Assembly: GCA_965655095.1 (NCBI GenBank)
Contig: OZ296649.1
Span: 120,094,001-120,158,000, forward strand
Reading direction: 5' to 3'
From: Haplodiscus bocki
Lineage: Eukaryota
DNA length: 64,000 nucleotides
Below the pieces are notes generated by a model that did not search any database, had not been told where the DNA came from, and saw nothing but the letters and a program-made list of their open reading frames with translations. Both the position numbers and the translations under genes were made by a program. Of the stretch, positions 39,630 through 53,719 are shown in pieces; within the stretch, counting starts at the first letter, position 1; every line of letters begins with the position of its first letter.

Positions 39630-39874
39630 ACAGAATAACTTACTTTATGTGAACACCATTTACATATTTGGAATGATCAGCTTTTTTAAATAACTTCTAA
39701 GTTTATATCAAGATAGCTTTTCAGCAATGAAAAAACAGAATCTTCTCTAGATTTATTGATATACAGTTGACTATTGCGCGTGTTTTTTGTTGTTGTTTCT
39801 GCAACTGATAAACGAATAAAATCACATTTTGAAATTATTCGGTCAATTTTATATTTTTCGATTAGTGTAAACAT
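39630..39874 (-). pseudogene. Major capsid protein N-terminal stub (copy 1)
   Basis: MFTLIEKYKIDRIISKCDFIRLS...NSQLYINKSREDSVFSLLKSYLDINLEV resembles a Maverick MCP start; it abuts the truncated integrase. Confidence 0.65.
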
Positions 39875-39919
39875 TTAGGTAGTAAAATTTAGGCTGTTTC
39901 GTGGATATGCAATTGCATT

Positions 39920-40730
39920 CCATTAATTTATATTGTATAGCAACAATTTCTTCAATAATTTTTTGAAAACTACCACGAGCCTGTCTTTACTGTCTTGATA
40001 GTTTTCGTCTATCACATAGTTTATTAGTATCAAATGATAGAAAATTTGATTTGGGAAAAAATTTTTTGAAACACCCGCAGCAGAAGCCATTATATCTGGT
40101 GGTTTAAGCATTTTTTTAAAAGTTCTATCTCTAGGACTTCTATTACCTGGCGCTCTTTCATGGAAATACATTCCTTTTGCAAATTCGTACAATGTTTTTT
40201 TATCCAGTAAACGAGCCAACTCAACATTATAGTTCTGTTAGTCGTCATTTCCTAAAGATCTCCTTGTAATTCAAACTTTTTATCAATAACGCGGAATGTC
40301 AACAAATTATTATTTAAAAAAACTGGTTTTGTTTCCTTTGTCAAAAAATCATTGACTCCATCTGATTGACGATACTTTAATAATTCAAGTTGACTAGTAA
40401 TTCCAGGATTAGTAAATTTAGATGAGGGAGACCGCAAATAAGATGCTATTATACTTGTATCATTCATTATTTTTAAGAGCTTATCGTTTAAATTCTCTAT
40501 TGCTTCGTTGTTTTTTTTAAAAGAAACTTCCGTGAGAGTTTTTGTTTTATCTCAAGAGGAATCTTTAATTTTATCAGTAAGTGGTTCATAATTTGTTTAA
40601 ATTCTCATGAACGTTCTGTTTACCAAGCTTATCTTGTAATCTTAATTCATCTACTTGGTTGTTTAACGAGAAAAACTTGTTTAATTTTTCCCAATATTCT
40701 CTGTTTTTAATTGAATGCAACATTTATAGT
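39920..40730 (-). pseudogene. Conserved Maverick core gene of unknown function (copy 1)
   Basis: ORF pieces 40252-40467 and 39923-40219 between the ATPase and MCP; equivalent gene in element A. Confidence 0.6.
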
Positions 40731-40739
40731 AATGAAAAA

Positions 40740-41400
40740 AGTTTCGGCTCTGGAATGTCTTGTGTATATGGATTTTTGCTCGCATTACAAATGCAGTAGC
40801 TTCCTTGATCTCTTTTTTTTAGATCAATCGATACAAAGATATTTGTAATCCTCTTCCCAAGATTTTCTTCATAATTCTATAAAGTTTTTATATCTCAAAT
40901 CATACACCCCAACGTCTCTGTATATATTTTCTATGCTTTTTAATGGTTGAATAAACAGAATACTTTTGTTACTATTATTACGTATTGTTCTTTTCGGTAA
41001 ATCAAAGTAGGACTGAGACAGATAATAAATATATAAATTATTATCTCTTCCACTTGGGAGAAACTGGTCTCTGTATTTACTCTTTGACAAACCTAAAATA
41101 TCTTCAAATACCATGACAGCATTTTCGTATTCGGTCTAATTTTTCCTCCTATTTCTTTGATTTTGAATTTAGAATTCAGATACTGTTTAGGACGTGATTC
41201 TGTGATTATACAAAAATCTCGATTGGGTATTCTTGAAAAACGTTTCTGCACAAGATAATTTCTACCCGAAAAAGGTGGTCCCACCAAAATTGTTCGATTG
41301 TTATTGCTAGTGTTAACACTTTCGATTTCTGGTGGTTGTTCTTGGATTAATGTTTCAGTAATATATTGTAACAATACTTACAAATAGTTCTATTTTTCTT
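40740..41400 (-). pseudogene. A32/FtsK-like DNA packaging ATPase (copy 1)
   Basis: LVGPPFSGRNYL (Walker A, K>R), VFEDILG (Walker B), GRDNNLYIYYLSQSYFDLPKRTIRNNS (RGRH...Q motif). Confidence 0.92.
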
Positions 41401-41659
41401 GTAAGCAATTGAAAACATCTTTATGTTACATGCAGTACAATTTTGGTCCCTTTGTGATACAGAACAGTTCTCAGTTCATTGAACAGAACAGATTTAAGTT
41501 CTATGTTATATGTTGAATATAGGTTACTTTTACTGAAATATTGTAAATTAATTTTTATGTTCATGTTTAAAAAAAGTTCATTTTTTGTTTCATTCAAAGA
41601 TTTAGGAAGAATTTTACATAGAGATTCTTATTCATTTTTATCAAGTATAATAATTCTTA

Positions 41660-42010
41660 AACTTTTCCTATATTATATATCGAAGGACTTAGTAGTTTGT
41701 TGATCTTTTTCATATTGTTTTTTGTACTTTTCGTATTTGTTTGTATTCATAATATGTAATACTTTGTTACCCAATGATAGAATACAAGCAATTCCAGCTG
41801 ATATTGGTAAAAAAGCAAACACACACCAGTAGTCGATAAAGTTATAGAAGTTGACGTTGCTCCAAAAATAACTATTGTGTCTACTGATTCTAATATTGTG
41901 ATTAAAGTTTTATATTTTTTAGATTTCGTTTTTCGTTTACGGTTTTTGTCTTTGAATTACGTAATCAATTCTTTAATGTTAAAAATTGAGTCATGGGAAC
42001 TATTTACGTC
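41660..42010 (-). pseudogene. Small predicted membrane protein (copy 1)
   Basis: Hydrophobic IVIFGATSTSITLSTTGV...LPISAGIACILSLG segment flanked by Lys-rich regions. Confidence 0.55.
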
Positions 42011-42107
42011 ATTTATTTTTTTCTAGTCTTTGTTCTAAATCGTTGTTCTCCAATAGTGCAGACGGGTATAATCTGTCTGTTTGTTGTTCCATTTAGATGG
42101 TAAAAAA

Positions 42108-42505
42108 TCAAACGTATGTCCCAGGGAATGAACCAAAAGCTGTTCTATAAATACTGAATACTTCAGTTAGTGTTGATAACGCTGCTTGAGGGTTTCTGGA
42201 AGCAACAGCACTAGCAACGTTTGCTCCTAAATCCAAAGCTTGTCCTGGGTTCTTCAACACGTTTTTTGCCAGCTTTTTTGATACAATAAGTCCTCTTATA
42301 CCTAGATTCTTGAAGAATCGACCTAAACATTTTTCCAATATTGTGTTACCAGAAACAGTCAGCGACTTTCTTCAATTACAAATTGAACAATAACCAATAA
42401 GCTTTTCACTACCTTTAGAGGTTATATCACCGTAAATGTCTTTTGTAGCAGTCCAATGTCTACGTCCAACGCAATAGGAATCTTCTTTAAATTTTTGAAA
42501 GCTCT
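42108..42505 (-). pseudogene. Small basic Cys-motif/amphipathic protein (copy 1)
   Basis: Orthologous to the open ORF at 54159-54557. Confidence 0.6.
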
Positions 42506-42506
42506 T

Positions 42507-43609
42507 TTAGTAGTCCAGTTTTTGATCAATTGTAAAGTAAAATTTAACGTTTCTGCATTGAAATTAACTTTTTTGTGGTTGTCATCTTCTAAGTAAAACA
42601 ATATAGTATTCGAAACAGGCTTTTTTTATAATGACTTGCTTCAGGATCAAAAAAAGTTTGCTTGAAGGAGGTTTGTCCAGATTGAAACTGTATAATATAG
42701 GTACTCTTAAACCCATTACTACAGAGCCATCCATAACATCACATTTCTACTGGGTTTTTTTTGTACTTATTTTTTAAATTTCATCATTAGTATAGACACC
42801 TGGGATATCAGCGTGATAAGTATTGATGGGTTTATAATCCCAATATGGTGTAAAACCTTGTAAAGTATTGCGAAACATTTTCCATTAAATTCGAACGTTC
42901 CAAAAGTACCACCAAAACGTTTTAATAAAATTTTGTTTTCATGGTAAAATCTTTATATTCGATTTTCAAAGTCTATTCTTAGTCAACCATAGTGTAAACA
43001 GCCTCTGAAATATCTTTATTCAAGTAGATACCAGGTGGTAATTCGTATGTAACGAAATTTGAGTTATAATGTTTTAAAAATAACTAAATATCATCTTCAT
43101 GCAACACAACTTCAATCCTAGGAAAACATTCAAAATCTCGAAACGGTGATCTAGCATCATCCATTAATAAAAAGTAATAACCATCAGTCCGTCTCTTTCC
43201 TGTTTCTAGTTTTTGATAATCTGATAAAATCCGTGGTCCTAATTTTTTATCTTGTAGACCCTTGCGTGTATTGTTTGGAAAATTAACGACCTGTTCAAGG
43301 TCGTCTTTTACTTCTGTGAATGAGAACTCTTCAAAATTATGTAAAGGAAGTTCGATTTTGTTTTCTGTTGCTGTATTGAAAAAGGAATTGTAAACCTCTA
43401 AACTTGTTAATCCTATCATCCAAGATCCTTCAATATATGTTGGTGGATTGAAATGAAGTTTTTCTTTTGCTTTGATAAGTTTAAATTCCCATGTTTCTTC
43501 TGCTTTTTTACGTGTATGTTTTTTATTCGTTCCGCAGTTCTTAGTTATTCCAAGTAATAAATCTATAAACTTCTCTTTTGTTTTTAGGTTGAACCATGTG
43601 TGAGTTCAT
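42507..43609 (-). pseudogene. Penton/minor capsid paralog 1 (copy 1)
   Basis: WMIGLTSLEVYNSFFN...KCDVMDGSVVMGLRVPILYSFNLDKPP...FYLEDDNHKKVNFNAETL. Confidence 0.75.
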
Positions 43610-43616
43610 TTTTTTA

Positions 43617-44693
43617 CTATACTTTAATTAGTTGCAAGTAAATGATATCGCCTTTCCATTAAAATAAACAAGCTTGTAACCCTCGTCTTCTAATCAAAGT
43701 GTTATCTGAGAGAAAAAAGGTTTATTATTTTTTTGAATAATAGTATTTTAGGTGTTTTATGATTCTGATGACCTGGTGGTTTGTCTAAACAAAAACTATA
43801 TAAAACTGGTTGTCGCACACAGTTTAAAAAACTACCATGAATGAAATCACAAAGTAATTGCACTTTATCGATTCTTGTAATATTATTGGGTTTATTGATT
43901 TTTTATTTAACTGGTATCAATTGAATGAAACCTTCAATTTAACTACTTAATGGTCCAGAATGAGTTTCAGTTAATCCTAGTATAGTATAAAAATGATTTT
44001 TTATTAAATCCAATTGCTTTGTTGGTGTTTATAATCGATCGTTGTCTAATATCATGAATAGTAAAATTTACTTTCACCTCATCTGGAAGTAAAACTTTGT
44101 CTTCAAATCAATATCATTGACTTCATATACGCTTAAAGGATGAGTATAACCATTAGTTGATCCAACATTATTTGTACATCCATTATATCAACAATTTCGT
44201 TATAGGTTAATAGCATCCTATAGACCATATCTTCAAAACCGTTAAAATCTAAGTTTTTCAATTCTTTAACTATCTCAGTTTTATGAGTTTCAAGATCAGA
44301 TAATTTATATTCATCGCCTCTATATTTTAATTGATTTCCTTTTTTCCTAAGTTTTTGTATATACAATCCAATATCGTTTTGAGATCTAAGCTCTAATGAC
44401 TTATTTAGTTTGTTTATAATTTCATTACCATGATCGGAATTCCAATGACCTGGTGTAGTAATCGAAAAACTATTGTTTTCAATGGTTATATTGAAAACAG
44501 AATTAGTTGTTTCGAAACTCGTCATTGCCAATAGCCATTTTCCTTCTTTAACTGTGTGCTTTGGTGGTGAAAGGAGAAAAATTCCATTTGTTTGTTCATA
44601 CTAAATTCCAGCGTTTCTTGAGCTTTTGTTTTGGTTTGCTCAATCAAGGTATACGTATTTTTTTTAAAATGAAATTAACAATTCCTTATTCAT
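43617..44693 (-). pseudogene. Penton/minor capsid paralog 2 (copy 1)
   Basis: WLLAMTSFETTNSVFNIT...IDKVQLLCDFIHGS...LYSFCLDKPPGH. Confidence 0.75.
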
Positions 44694-45903
44694 TGAATAA
44701 TTCCAAAACCTCCTGCCGATATATAGTCCTAAATCAATTTATTTTAATTTTCTGACATTTTTTTAGAAGAAGAATTATTCTTTAAAGTGTTTGGTGTAAT
44801 ATCTACCTCGCTTGAGCTAGTTTGAGTTTGTTCAGTTTGTGCGATATATGTTTTCATGGAACAGACCAAGGGGAAGATCGTTGGAAAACCGGGTCATTGC
44901 CATTTTCTTGTGATTGTTGGCTCATGAAGACTGCAATTCGGGACTTGTAATGTGTAGGTGAAACAAAAAAATTGCTCCTACGTTTTGGAACTGTTGATTT
45001 TGTTTTTGATGGTCATAATGAAGCTGATAGTTTTGGTCAAAAAAAGAGATCAAAAGGCACTGAAAAATTGTGCTGAAAATTTTTTCGCGTTCCCGGGCTA
45101 AAAGGATCCTGAACTGGTAGAAAACTACTCTGGAACTTTCCTTCGTGTCTTCCGAAATTGAAACTTGTCCTCAATGGAACGCTGTTCAAGGGAATCAGAG
45201 GACTGTTTTTGACAAAAGTTGAATTTGAATCACAGGGAAGAGCAACAAAAAAACCATCTTTTTGAACATTCATACGGTCAAGATTACAACTCAAAACGCA
45301 ATGTTGGATTATGTTCATCTATCATTGCTTCTAAGATAAGTAAACTGTCGCATGGTGATATTTGTAAATGCGGCTGTGGTTGTGACGTAAAACTAGTTTG
45401 AATGTCCCAAGATGCCAAGCTAACAGGAAGTTCGAGAAATTTCACCCAGTTGGATTGCGATGCAGGGCACCAATTTGTTATTTCTGAATTAATTTGAATT
45501 TAGATTTTCAGATATGTTGTAGGTGAACTTCACAGATGTAACCTGGAAGGCGTGCCTGGCAGAAATAGACTTTCATTTTTGACGAAAACTAAAATCACTT
45601 CCTTTATTCATCGTTTTCTGCCAAGGGAGAATTCAATGGCTGGAACCAAAGAGCAAAGTTTTTTTGAATACTGAAAACGGAACGTTCTTGGTGCGACAAA
45701 TATTAAAGGAAGTAGTCAAGCGGTAAACTGGAAAGAATACTAGTTCGCTTGTCGAGATGTGGCGTCTTTGAAATTAATTCCAAGCTCTTTCGACCAACCA
45801 TAACGTTCCATACTGGAAGCAAGAACGGGACTTGTTTGATCAAACAGTCTTTTAATAGCAGTAGAGTGATGTTTTAGACCTTCACAATTTCAGTCAAGAC
45901 AAT

Positions 45904-46460
45904 AGTAGTGTACAAAACAGAATATGACGCCAGCTTCGGTGAACGCACAGCTTCAACAAATACCAATCCCGACCAAAATTATAACAAACACATTACACAA
46001 GGTATAATCGTATAAAACAACGAGTAATATAAAGTATAAATACAAAACAATTGTTTAAAATATAAATACATAACCAATGAGAACGTGTTATTTAAATAAA
46101 ATATCACTATCACAATCTCCAACAGAAACATAATTAGAAAACAAAGCATATTTTAACAAAAATGGAAACTTAATGTTATACTTTATCGATATCATAAAGT
46201 TCAAAATAACAACTTTGTGTATGAGTAAAATAAAAGACATGATAACGTTTGATTATACTTTGTGAATGGTGTCTGTTATAACTTTGACTACGACTGGTTT
46301 TTGTTGAAGCTCTGCTTCCTCCTCGACTCCCGTCATATTTTGTATTGTACACTACTAATAGGTGAAATTATAAAATTATGTTAACTTATAAAAATTAGGA
46401 TTAGGTTTGATTATAAAATTATGTGGAATTATAAAATTATGAGAATTTTTATAATTATGT
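45904..46460. repeat. Left TIR of element B copy 2
   Basis: Aligns with the reverse complement of 59340-59877; inner inverted terminus TTGTACACTACT ends at 46356; 17-bp AT-rich repeats follow. Confidence 0.9.
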
Positions 46461-46484
46461 TTTATAACAAATTTGTGATGATTT

Positions 46485-49400
46485 GTACTCCTTATTCCAG
46501 GGTTTAATTTCAATTTTTTTATAACACCTTTTATCATCAACTAGATATAATGTTGGTTATTTTACTTTTTGTAGTTGCATCTCATGAAAAACAGATCTTA
46601 AAAAACATTTATCACATTTTTTTTGATATTTAAATAGGTTTGAATTTTTTTTATACTTTTCAAATTTCCTGTTTTTTGATTGTGATTCAGAGAAACCGTT
46701 TCATTTGTTTTTACTATCATCTCCACATTCAAAAGCGTACATTTTAGTTCTTAGACAAATAGATTTATGAACCCAAATATTTTTAGTAGTTTCTATTTTA
46801 AATTTACCAATTACTTTTTGTTTTTATTATTGAATACTTCGTCGTTTTCCTATAGACAGCTGAAAAGAATTAAATCTTCACGGTTTTTTAAAACTTTGAT
46901 AATCTTTTTTCGATATAATGCTTAATTCAGACGTATCGGTATCAAAATAATGACTCTCCAGTTTTTTTGGTCCAAAATATGTTTGTAATTTATCGTAATG
47001 AGACTCTTAAAGATGTTTTTTAATCACATCTATCACAACAAAACCAACATAAGTCGGTTTATCCATAAGACTTTCATTATGTTTAAAAGCATAGCTGTCA
47101 AAATTTTCATATGATTTATGAATACCGGTGAATGTTAAATTTGGTTTTGGCTTAATAGTTTTTTGATTGATTTTTTTGACATAATTTCTGTTTTTATTCA
47201 ATTGCGAACGTTTTCTAGCTTTTTGCCAAAGGTAGCAATATTTAATTATTTATAAAAGTCTTTTTCAAATGAACTTTTAGCTTTATTTTGTTTTTTGTGT
47301 ATTATAACTTAAATATTCTTCTAACCGCCCACTTTGTTTAAATGAAGTTATTTCATGAACTTTTTCAACTATGATATCATGTCTATCATAAAATCTTAGC
47401 ATTCTATAATTGACCAAACATTTTTTTCTCAGTCTAACCGCAAGTTATCTTTCTAGTTTGTGTGTAATTATTAGGTTTTATTTTGTCCATATAATCACTA
47501 AAGTCATCTTTATTACGTATTTTATTTTCAGGAAAAAATGGAAAGTTTTTTTGCTTATATTCTCTCTGCATATTTTGGATCAACTTCGATGGAATAACCA
47601 ATATCACTGTCATTTGGAGCATTTAAAAATTTTTCCAATTCTCTCTTATAAAGATCAGGATGAGCATGCACATCTCGATTTCATAATACGATAAAGGCTG
47701 ACTACTTGAAATTCTGTATAAATTATTAGCACTTAAATACAAACTTTTTTTGTTTTCATCTGAAGAAACATTTTTATCACCCATTACTGATGAAATGCTT
47801 CCTCGTATAATATTCTCAAGTAGAAGAATCACATCTTTATCTTGAAGCGTTTGTAAACTGATATAAGTATCGTTCAACGCACTTTGATAGTTTTGACTTA
47901 GCAAACTCACGAAGAGATAGGAGTAGTATCAAATGTTTTAATTGATACTTTAATACTTTTTCCAAAAAACATCAACGAAAAATATCACATCTTTTATCAA
48001 AAATGTTTAGGTTAGTTCTTCCCCATTTTTGTTGTTAAATATTTTAATAATTTTTCCGGTTCGTTCTGTTACTTCATCATCAGAACATTTGTTTTTTAGT
48101 GTACTCAAGAAATCTTCGTTTTGCACATTATCAACCGGTTTTTTATAATCATCAATACTATTGATTTTTTCATAAGGATAAGCTAATTTTTTATTGAGAT
48201 ATCCTCATTTACCAGGAAATTTTTTCTTCAAAATATTAAAATCAACCTCATCCATGTTTTTAATCAATTCTTCCAAAGTATATGATAAGAAACGATAACT
48301 ATCAATAACTTTAAAACAACCATAAGTCAAACAAATGTATTCTTCGTTTGTCCTAGGTATAATAGTAAATTTCACTTCAACAATTTTTTCATCAAATAAT
48401 TTCTTGAAGAACATATGACTATCATAATTACTTAAACTGTGAAAAAATTGGTATATATGTACTTTGTTCCAATATTACATAATTGATGAGCTAGGTTCGG
48501 TATTTACCAGTCAAATGACACTGATCTCTAACTTTATTAATTTAAATTTCCTTATCACAAAATCTACAAATAATTTTGATTCTATAATGCTCAACATCTT
48601 CCTCTGTCATTATAACATCTTCGTCAGTATTTATAACAGAGAAATCAATTTTAGTTTCGTATTTTATAGCGTCATCAACAAACCAATCTACGTTATCAAA
48701 ATGTTTTAACCACTTTTTAAAACATCCTCCAGTTCAGAAACTATATAATAACCATTACATACTGTATTTTGTTGGCAAGTATTAGTTGTTTTGTTTCCTT
48801 CACTAGAATTATATATTTCTTTATCAGCTTAAAAGTCTTTTTATATCCTAAAAAATAACTGATTCTTATGAAAATGTTCTTTCCAATGAAGATGAGATTC
48901 GTTTGATGTTCTAATTGTGGTCATTTTTTTCTTGATCACATTTGGGTTCATGTGTCATTAACACATTTGCACTTGTAGAAGAACTTAAACACCGCCTACA
49001 TGTAAAATTTTTATATTGGGTTCCTAAAAGTACATTTAAGTTTTTAATGAGAGCATAATGATTTTTGTATATTAATAGGTCAACCACTCTATTTGATTCA
49101 TTTTTACTACCCTCAATTGAAGTTAAACTATGTTTCCATCTATCTTAAACTTGATAAAAAATTATTGCATACAAATTCATAGATAAATTGTTTATTTTTC
49201 GAAATTGAAAACATCGCCACACCTAAAACCATTAGTAAAATCGAAATCTTGAATGTTCATTTCATTGAAATATTGTCTAGAATTTTTTACTCTTGTTGGA
49301 TGGAATTTTGCTCAAGCACGATGGTGTACAAATAAGGACCAGTTGAAACAATTTTTATGATTAGTTTCAACATTTAAGATAGCTGGAAATCCCAACGGAA

Positions 49401-50108
49401 TTTTCACATAACTCAAACCGTTTAATTAACCAGCTTTATAAGATGATATTTCCATTGAGTTATTTGTGTTAAATCTCCATCCACTATCTTGCATCTCTTG
49501 CATTTGACTTTGATGTTCTAATGGAGATATAAATCAATATCAGATTCCGTCAAACTATGATTAATATTCAAATTAATGAATAGTTGGGTTTCATCTGACA
49601 TCTGCCCATCTTCATCTTGCTTATCGAATCTTGCTAAAAACAATGTTTGATACTTAAAACTTTATTGTTTTTTTATTCTGTTAAATGTTTTAGCCATCTC
49701 TCTCGTAGTGTTTTTATTATGTATGGTTTTAATTCCAAGTTCAAAAAAGGTTGAGTTAAATTTTTTTAGAAATAGCGTGATTATTATGATGACTATGTAG
49801 AGTAACATTAAAACCAACTTGTAGTGATCTGGCTGTAAAGTAATAGGGATTAGTCATTTTTTAGCTAATTCTTTAATCAATTGCTTATCATCTTTTTCAA
49901 TTTTTTTCTTCCTCTTTGTTTTAATGGTTTGAGATTATATATTTTTTCAATTTTGTTTTCAATAGGTTCTTTGAATAACCATTCTGGCAAAATCATTTCG
50001 TCTTGTTTTTCCCTTTCAAAAAGCTCTTAACTTCTCAAGTGTTCAACATATAAGACTCCATGAACATCAATATTACAAGTTTCACATCTCCGGCTCTTTT
50101 CCAATGGC
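46485..50108 (-). pseudogene. Protein-primed DNA polymerase B (copy 2)
   Basis: ENIIRGSISSVMG, LYLSANNLY (motif A), VIDSYRFL, KPTYVGF, YFDTDT. Confidence 0.92.
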
Positions 50109-51074
50109 GTCTTATTTATTAGGGATGAAATGGTTGAATTGTAAATAGCTTTTCACTGAAACAAAGTGAAATAAATGGAGGGTAAAATTTGTACCAAGTG
50201 TAAAAAAGAAAAACATATCAACAATTTTCACATAAAATAAACAGAATAAAAAGATTCTAAAAGAAAAAAAACTTAAAACGTTACTTCGAGAATAAAGATA
50301 AATTATCAAATCAACAAAAGATATCTCATGAAAAAGTAGAGAATAATTATTGCAGAAACAAAATGAAAGATTTATACATTTTAAAGAATTAATTGGAAAC
50401 TATGTTGAACTAGAGTACAGATTGAAAACTTTGAAAGGGAATGTTCTCAATAAATAACTCAGAAAACACAATGGATGGTTTTTAAAGAACTGAATAGGTA
50501 TATATCAAAATCCAAATGTCACTCCTTATCGAGTCATATTGTTAACTTTGTGAAAGATTCATAACTACAAAACTATGGAATAAGCATCTTCATTCTAGTA
50601 GGCATTTACATAGAGAAGTGAATGGATTCTGGCCAGCATATTTTAGGCAAAAAAACTAATTAGAGATGCAGGTAGTAAACTTGAGACTGCTTCTTGGTAG
50701 TTGGTTTTTGGAAGTAAAAAAAATTTACCAGTGTATGGGTTTCTTCAAACTTATATTAGGATGGCTAGAAATTTGAATGACTATGTCACATTTGATGATG
50801 ATGATGATGCTGATTTCAGATATACTTATAGAGAAAATATCATAACACAATTTAAACAAGGTTGATAAAACAGAAGTTTTAGTCATCCAGATCAAGATAA
50901 ACGTGAAGATGGTCTCCAGAAAGAACTCAATTTTGACTCAATTTTGTTGTTATTCAGGGCGGATAAACAATAACAGAAATTGTTTCTGATTATGATCATA
51001 ACGATCCTGTATTAGGTTATTTCTTTCGAGGGTCAAAGTACGATCCAGAGCTTAGAGAGTTTAGAAAACTCTTG

Positions 51075-51681
51075 ATGAACAACTCAGGAAACAATTGAAG
51101 TTTTTTAGATGAAATTCATTCCAAACCACCGAAAAAGAAGTATACCACAAAAGACAGACGTTTATCATTTTGAGAACAATTGGAGTCTAGATAATTTAGA
51201 CCTCAGAGATTGTGATCCCGAAAATAATAGAGGACACAGATATGTCTTGATAGTAATCGACAATTTCTCAAAATTTAAATGGACAATTCCTCTCAAAAAA
51301 AAATGCTCAAACAAGAACAAACATTATTAATTGGAACTGATCGAAGACGGGAACTTTAAAACAGTATTTTCCAAATTTTCCTAAATAACACTAACATTAA
51401 ACATTATTCTAGAAACAATGATAAAGGTGCTGTTTTTGCGGAAAAGTTTAACGATACTGTCAGAGATGTTCTCAAAAATGTTGTTCTCGAACAAGGTGAT
51501 GCTAATTGGATTGACGTTCTACTTACAATAACGAAAAAATATAACAATTGAATGCATTCGTCTACTAAACTAACACCAATACAAGCCTCTTTAAAAAAGA
51601 ACGAAGTATTTGTTCAGGAAAATTCATTAGATAAACGAAAGAAGAACAAACCAAAATTTCAAGTAAACGATCCCATTTAGA
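51075..51681 (+). pseudogene. rve integrase (copy 2), with the same lesions as copy 1
   Basis: ORF 51109-51330 is identical in translation to 39053-39274. Confidence 0.92.
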
Positions 51682-51685
51682 ACAA

Positions 51686-51930
51686 ACAGAATAACTTACT
51701 TTATGTGAACACCATTTACATATTTGGAATGATCAGCTTTTTTAAATAACTTCTAAGTTTATATCAAGATAGCTTTTCAGCAATGAAAAAACAGAATCTT
51801 CTCTAGATTTATTGATATACAGTTGACTATTGCGCGTGTTTTTTGTTGTTGTTTCTGCAACTGATAAACGAATAAAATCACATTTTGAAATTATTCGGTC
51901 AATTTTATATTTTTCGATTAGTGTAAACAT
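51686..51930 (-). pseudogene. Major capsid protein N-terminal stub (copy 2)
   Basis: Identical translation to 39686-39874. Confidence 0.65.
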
Positions 51931-51974
51931 TTAGGTAGTAAAATTTAGGCTGTTTCGTGGATATGCAATTGCAT

Positions 51975-52780
51975 TCGATTAATTTATATTGTATAGCAAC
52001 AATTTCTTCAATAATTTTTTGAAAACTACCACGAGCCTGTCTTTACTGTCTTGATAGTTTTCGTCTATCACATAGTTTATTAGTATCAAATGATAGAAAA
52101 TTTGATTTGGGAAAAAATTTTTTGAAACACCCGCAGCAGAAGCCATTATATCTGGTGGTTTAAGCATTTTTTTAAAAGTTCTATCTCTAGGACTTCTATT
52201 ACCTGGCGCTCTTTCATGGAAATACATTCCTTTTGCAAATTCGTACAATGTTTTTTTATCCAGTAAACGAGCCAACTCAACATTATAGTTCTGTTAGTCA
52301 TCATTTCCTAAAGATCTCCTTGTAATTCAAACTTTTTACCAATATCGCGGAATGTCAACAAATTATTATTTAAAAGAACTGGTTTTGTTTTCTTCGTCAA
52401 AAAATCATTGACTCCATCTGGTTGACGATACTTTAATAATTCAAGTTGACTAGTAATTCCAGGATTAGTAAATTTAGATGAGGGAGACCGCAAATAAGAT
52501 GCTATTATACTTGTATCATTCATTATTTCTAAGAGTTTATCGTTTATATTCTCTATTGCTTCGTTGTTTTTAATAGAAAATTCCTTGAGAGTTTTTGTTT
52601 TATCTCAAGAGGAATCTTTAATTTTATCAGTAAGTGGTTCATAATTTGTTTAAATTCTCATGAACGTTCTGTTTACCAAGCTTATCTTGTAATCTTAATT
52701 CATCTACTTGGTTGTTTAACGAGAAAAACTTGTTTAATTTTTCCCAATATTCTCTGTTTTTAATTGAATGCAACATTTAT
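51975..52780 (-). pseudogene. Conserved Maverick core gene of unknown function (copy 2)
   Basis: ORF pieces 52308-52523 and 51979-52275. Confidence 0.6.
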
Positions 52781-52789
52781 AGTAATGAA

Positions 52790-53450
52790 AAAAGTTTCGG
52801 CTCTGGAATGTCTTGTGTATATGGATTTTTGCTCGCATTACAAATGCAGTAGCTTCCTTGATCTCTTTTTTTTTTAGATCAATCGATACAAAGATATTTG
52901 TAATCCTCTTCCCAAGATTTTCTTCATAATTCTATAAAGTTTTTATATCTCAAATCATACACCCCAACGTCTCTGTATAAATTTTCTATGCTTTTTAATG
53001 GTTGAATAAACAGAATACTTTTGTTACTATTATTACGTATTGTTCTTTTCGGTAAATCAAAGTAGGACTGAGACAGATAATAAATATATAAATTATTATC
53101 TCTTCCACTTGGGAGAAACTGGTCTCTGTATTTACTCTTTGACAAACCTAAAATATCTTCAAATACCATGACAGCATTTTCGTATTCGGTCTAATTTTTC
53201 CTCCTATTTCTTTGATTTTGAATTTAGAATTCAAATACTGTTTAGGACGTGATTCTGTGATTATACAAAAATCTCGATTGGGTATTCGTGAAAGAATTTT
53301 AAACACAAGATAAATTCTACCCGAAAAAGATGGTCCCACCAAAAATGTTCGATTGTTATTGCTATTGTTAACACTTTCGATTTTTGGTGATTGATTTCGG
53401 ATTAAGGTTTCAATATTATATTGTAACAATCCCTACAAATAGTTCTTTTT
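52790..53450 (-). pseudogene. Packaging ATPase (copy 2)
   Basis: LVGPSFSGRIYL, VFEDILG, SQSYFDLPKRTIRNNS. Confidence 0.92.
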
Positions 53451-53719
53451 TTCAGGTAAACATTTGAGAAAATATTTATGTTACGTGCAGTACAACTTTG
53501 ATCCCTTTATGATACAGAACAGATTTCAGTTCATTGAAGAGAACAGTTTTAAGCTCTAGGTTATATGTTGAGTTTAGGTTAATTTTACTGAAAAAGTATA
53601 ATTTAGTTTTTATGTTCATGTTTAAAAAAAAGTTCATTTTTTGTTTCAGTCAAGGTTTAGGAAACATTTTACATAGAAATTCATATTAATTTTTATCAAA
53701 TATAATAATTCGTAAACTT

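Larger units (their letters stand above)
32758..44848. repeat. Tandem segmental duplication, unit 1 (~12.1 kb)
   Basis: Colinear with 44849-56909 throughout; ORF pairs are offset by 12056-12089 bp (e.g. 39053/51109, 33130/45219). Confidence 0.97.
33831..44848. mobile_element. Element B copy 1: Maverick/Polinton truncated on the right by the duplication junction
   Basis: GACAAT|AGTAGTGTACAAAACAGAATATGACG start; same genes as copy 2 up to just beyond the second penton. Confidence 0.93.

Noticed and set aside
45904-46356. Independent MITE insertions at both ends of element B
   Set aside because: The cassettes have no TSDs of their own, the TSD brackets the whole 14 kb, and TIR symmetry extends inward beyond them.
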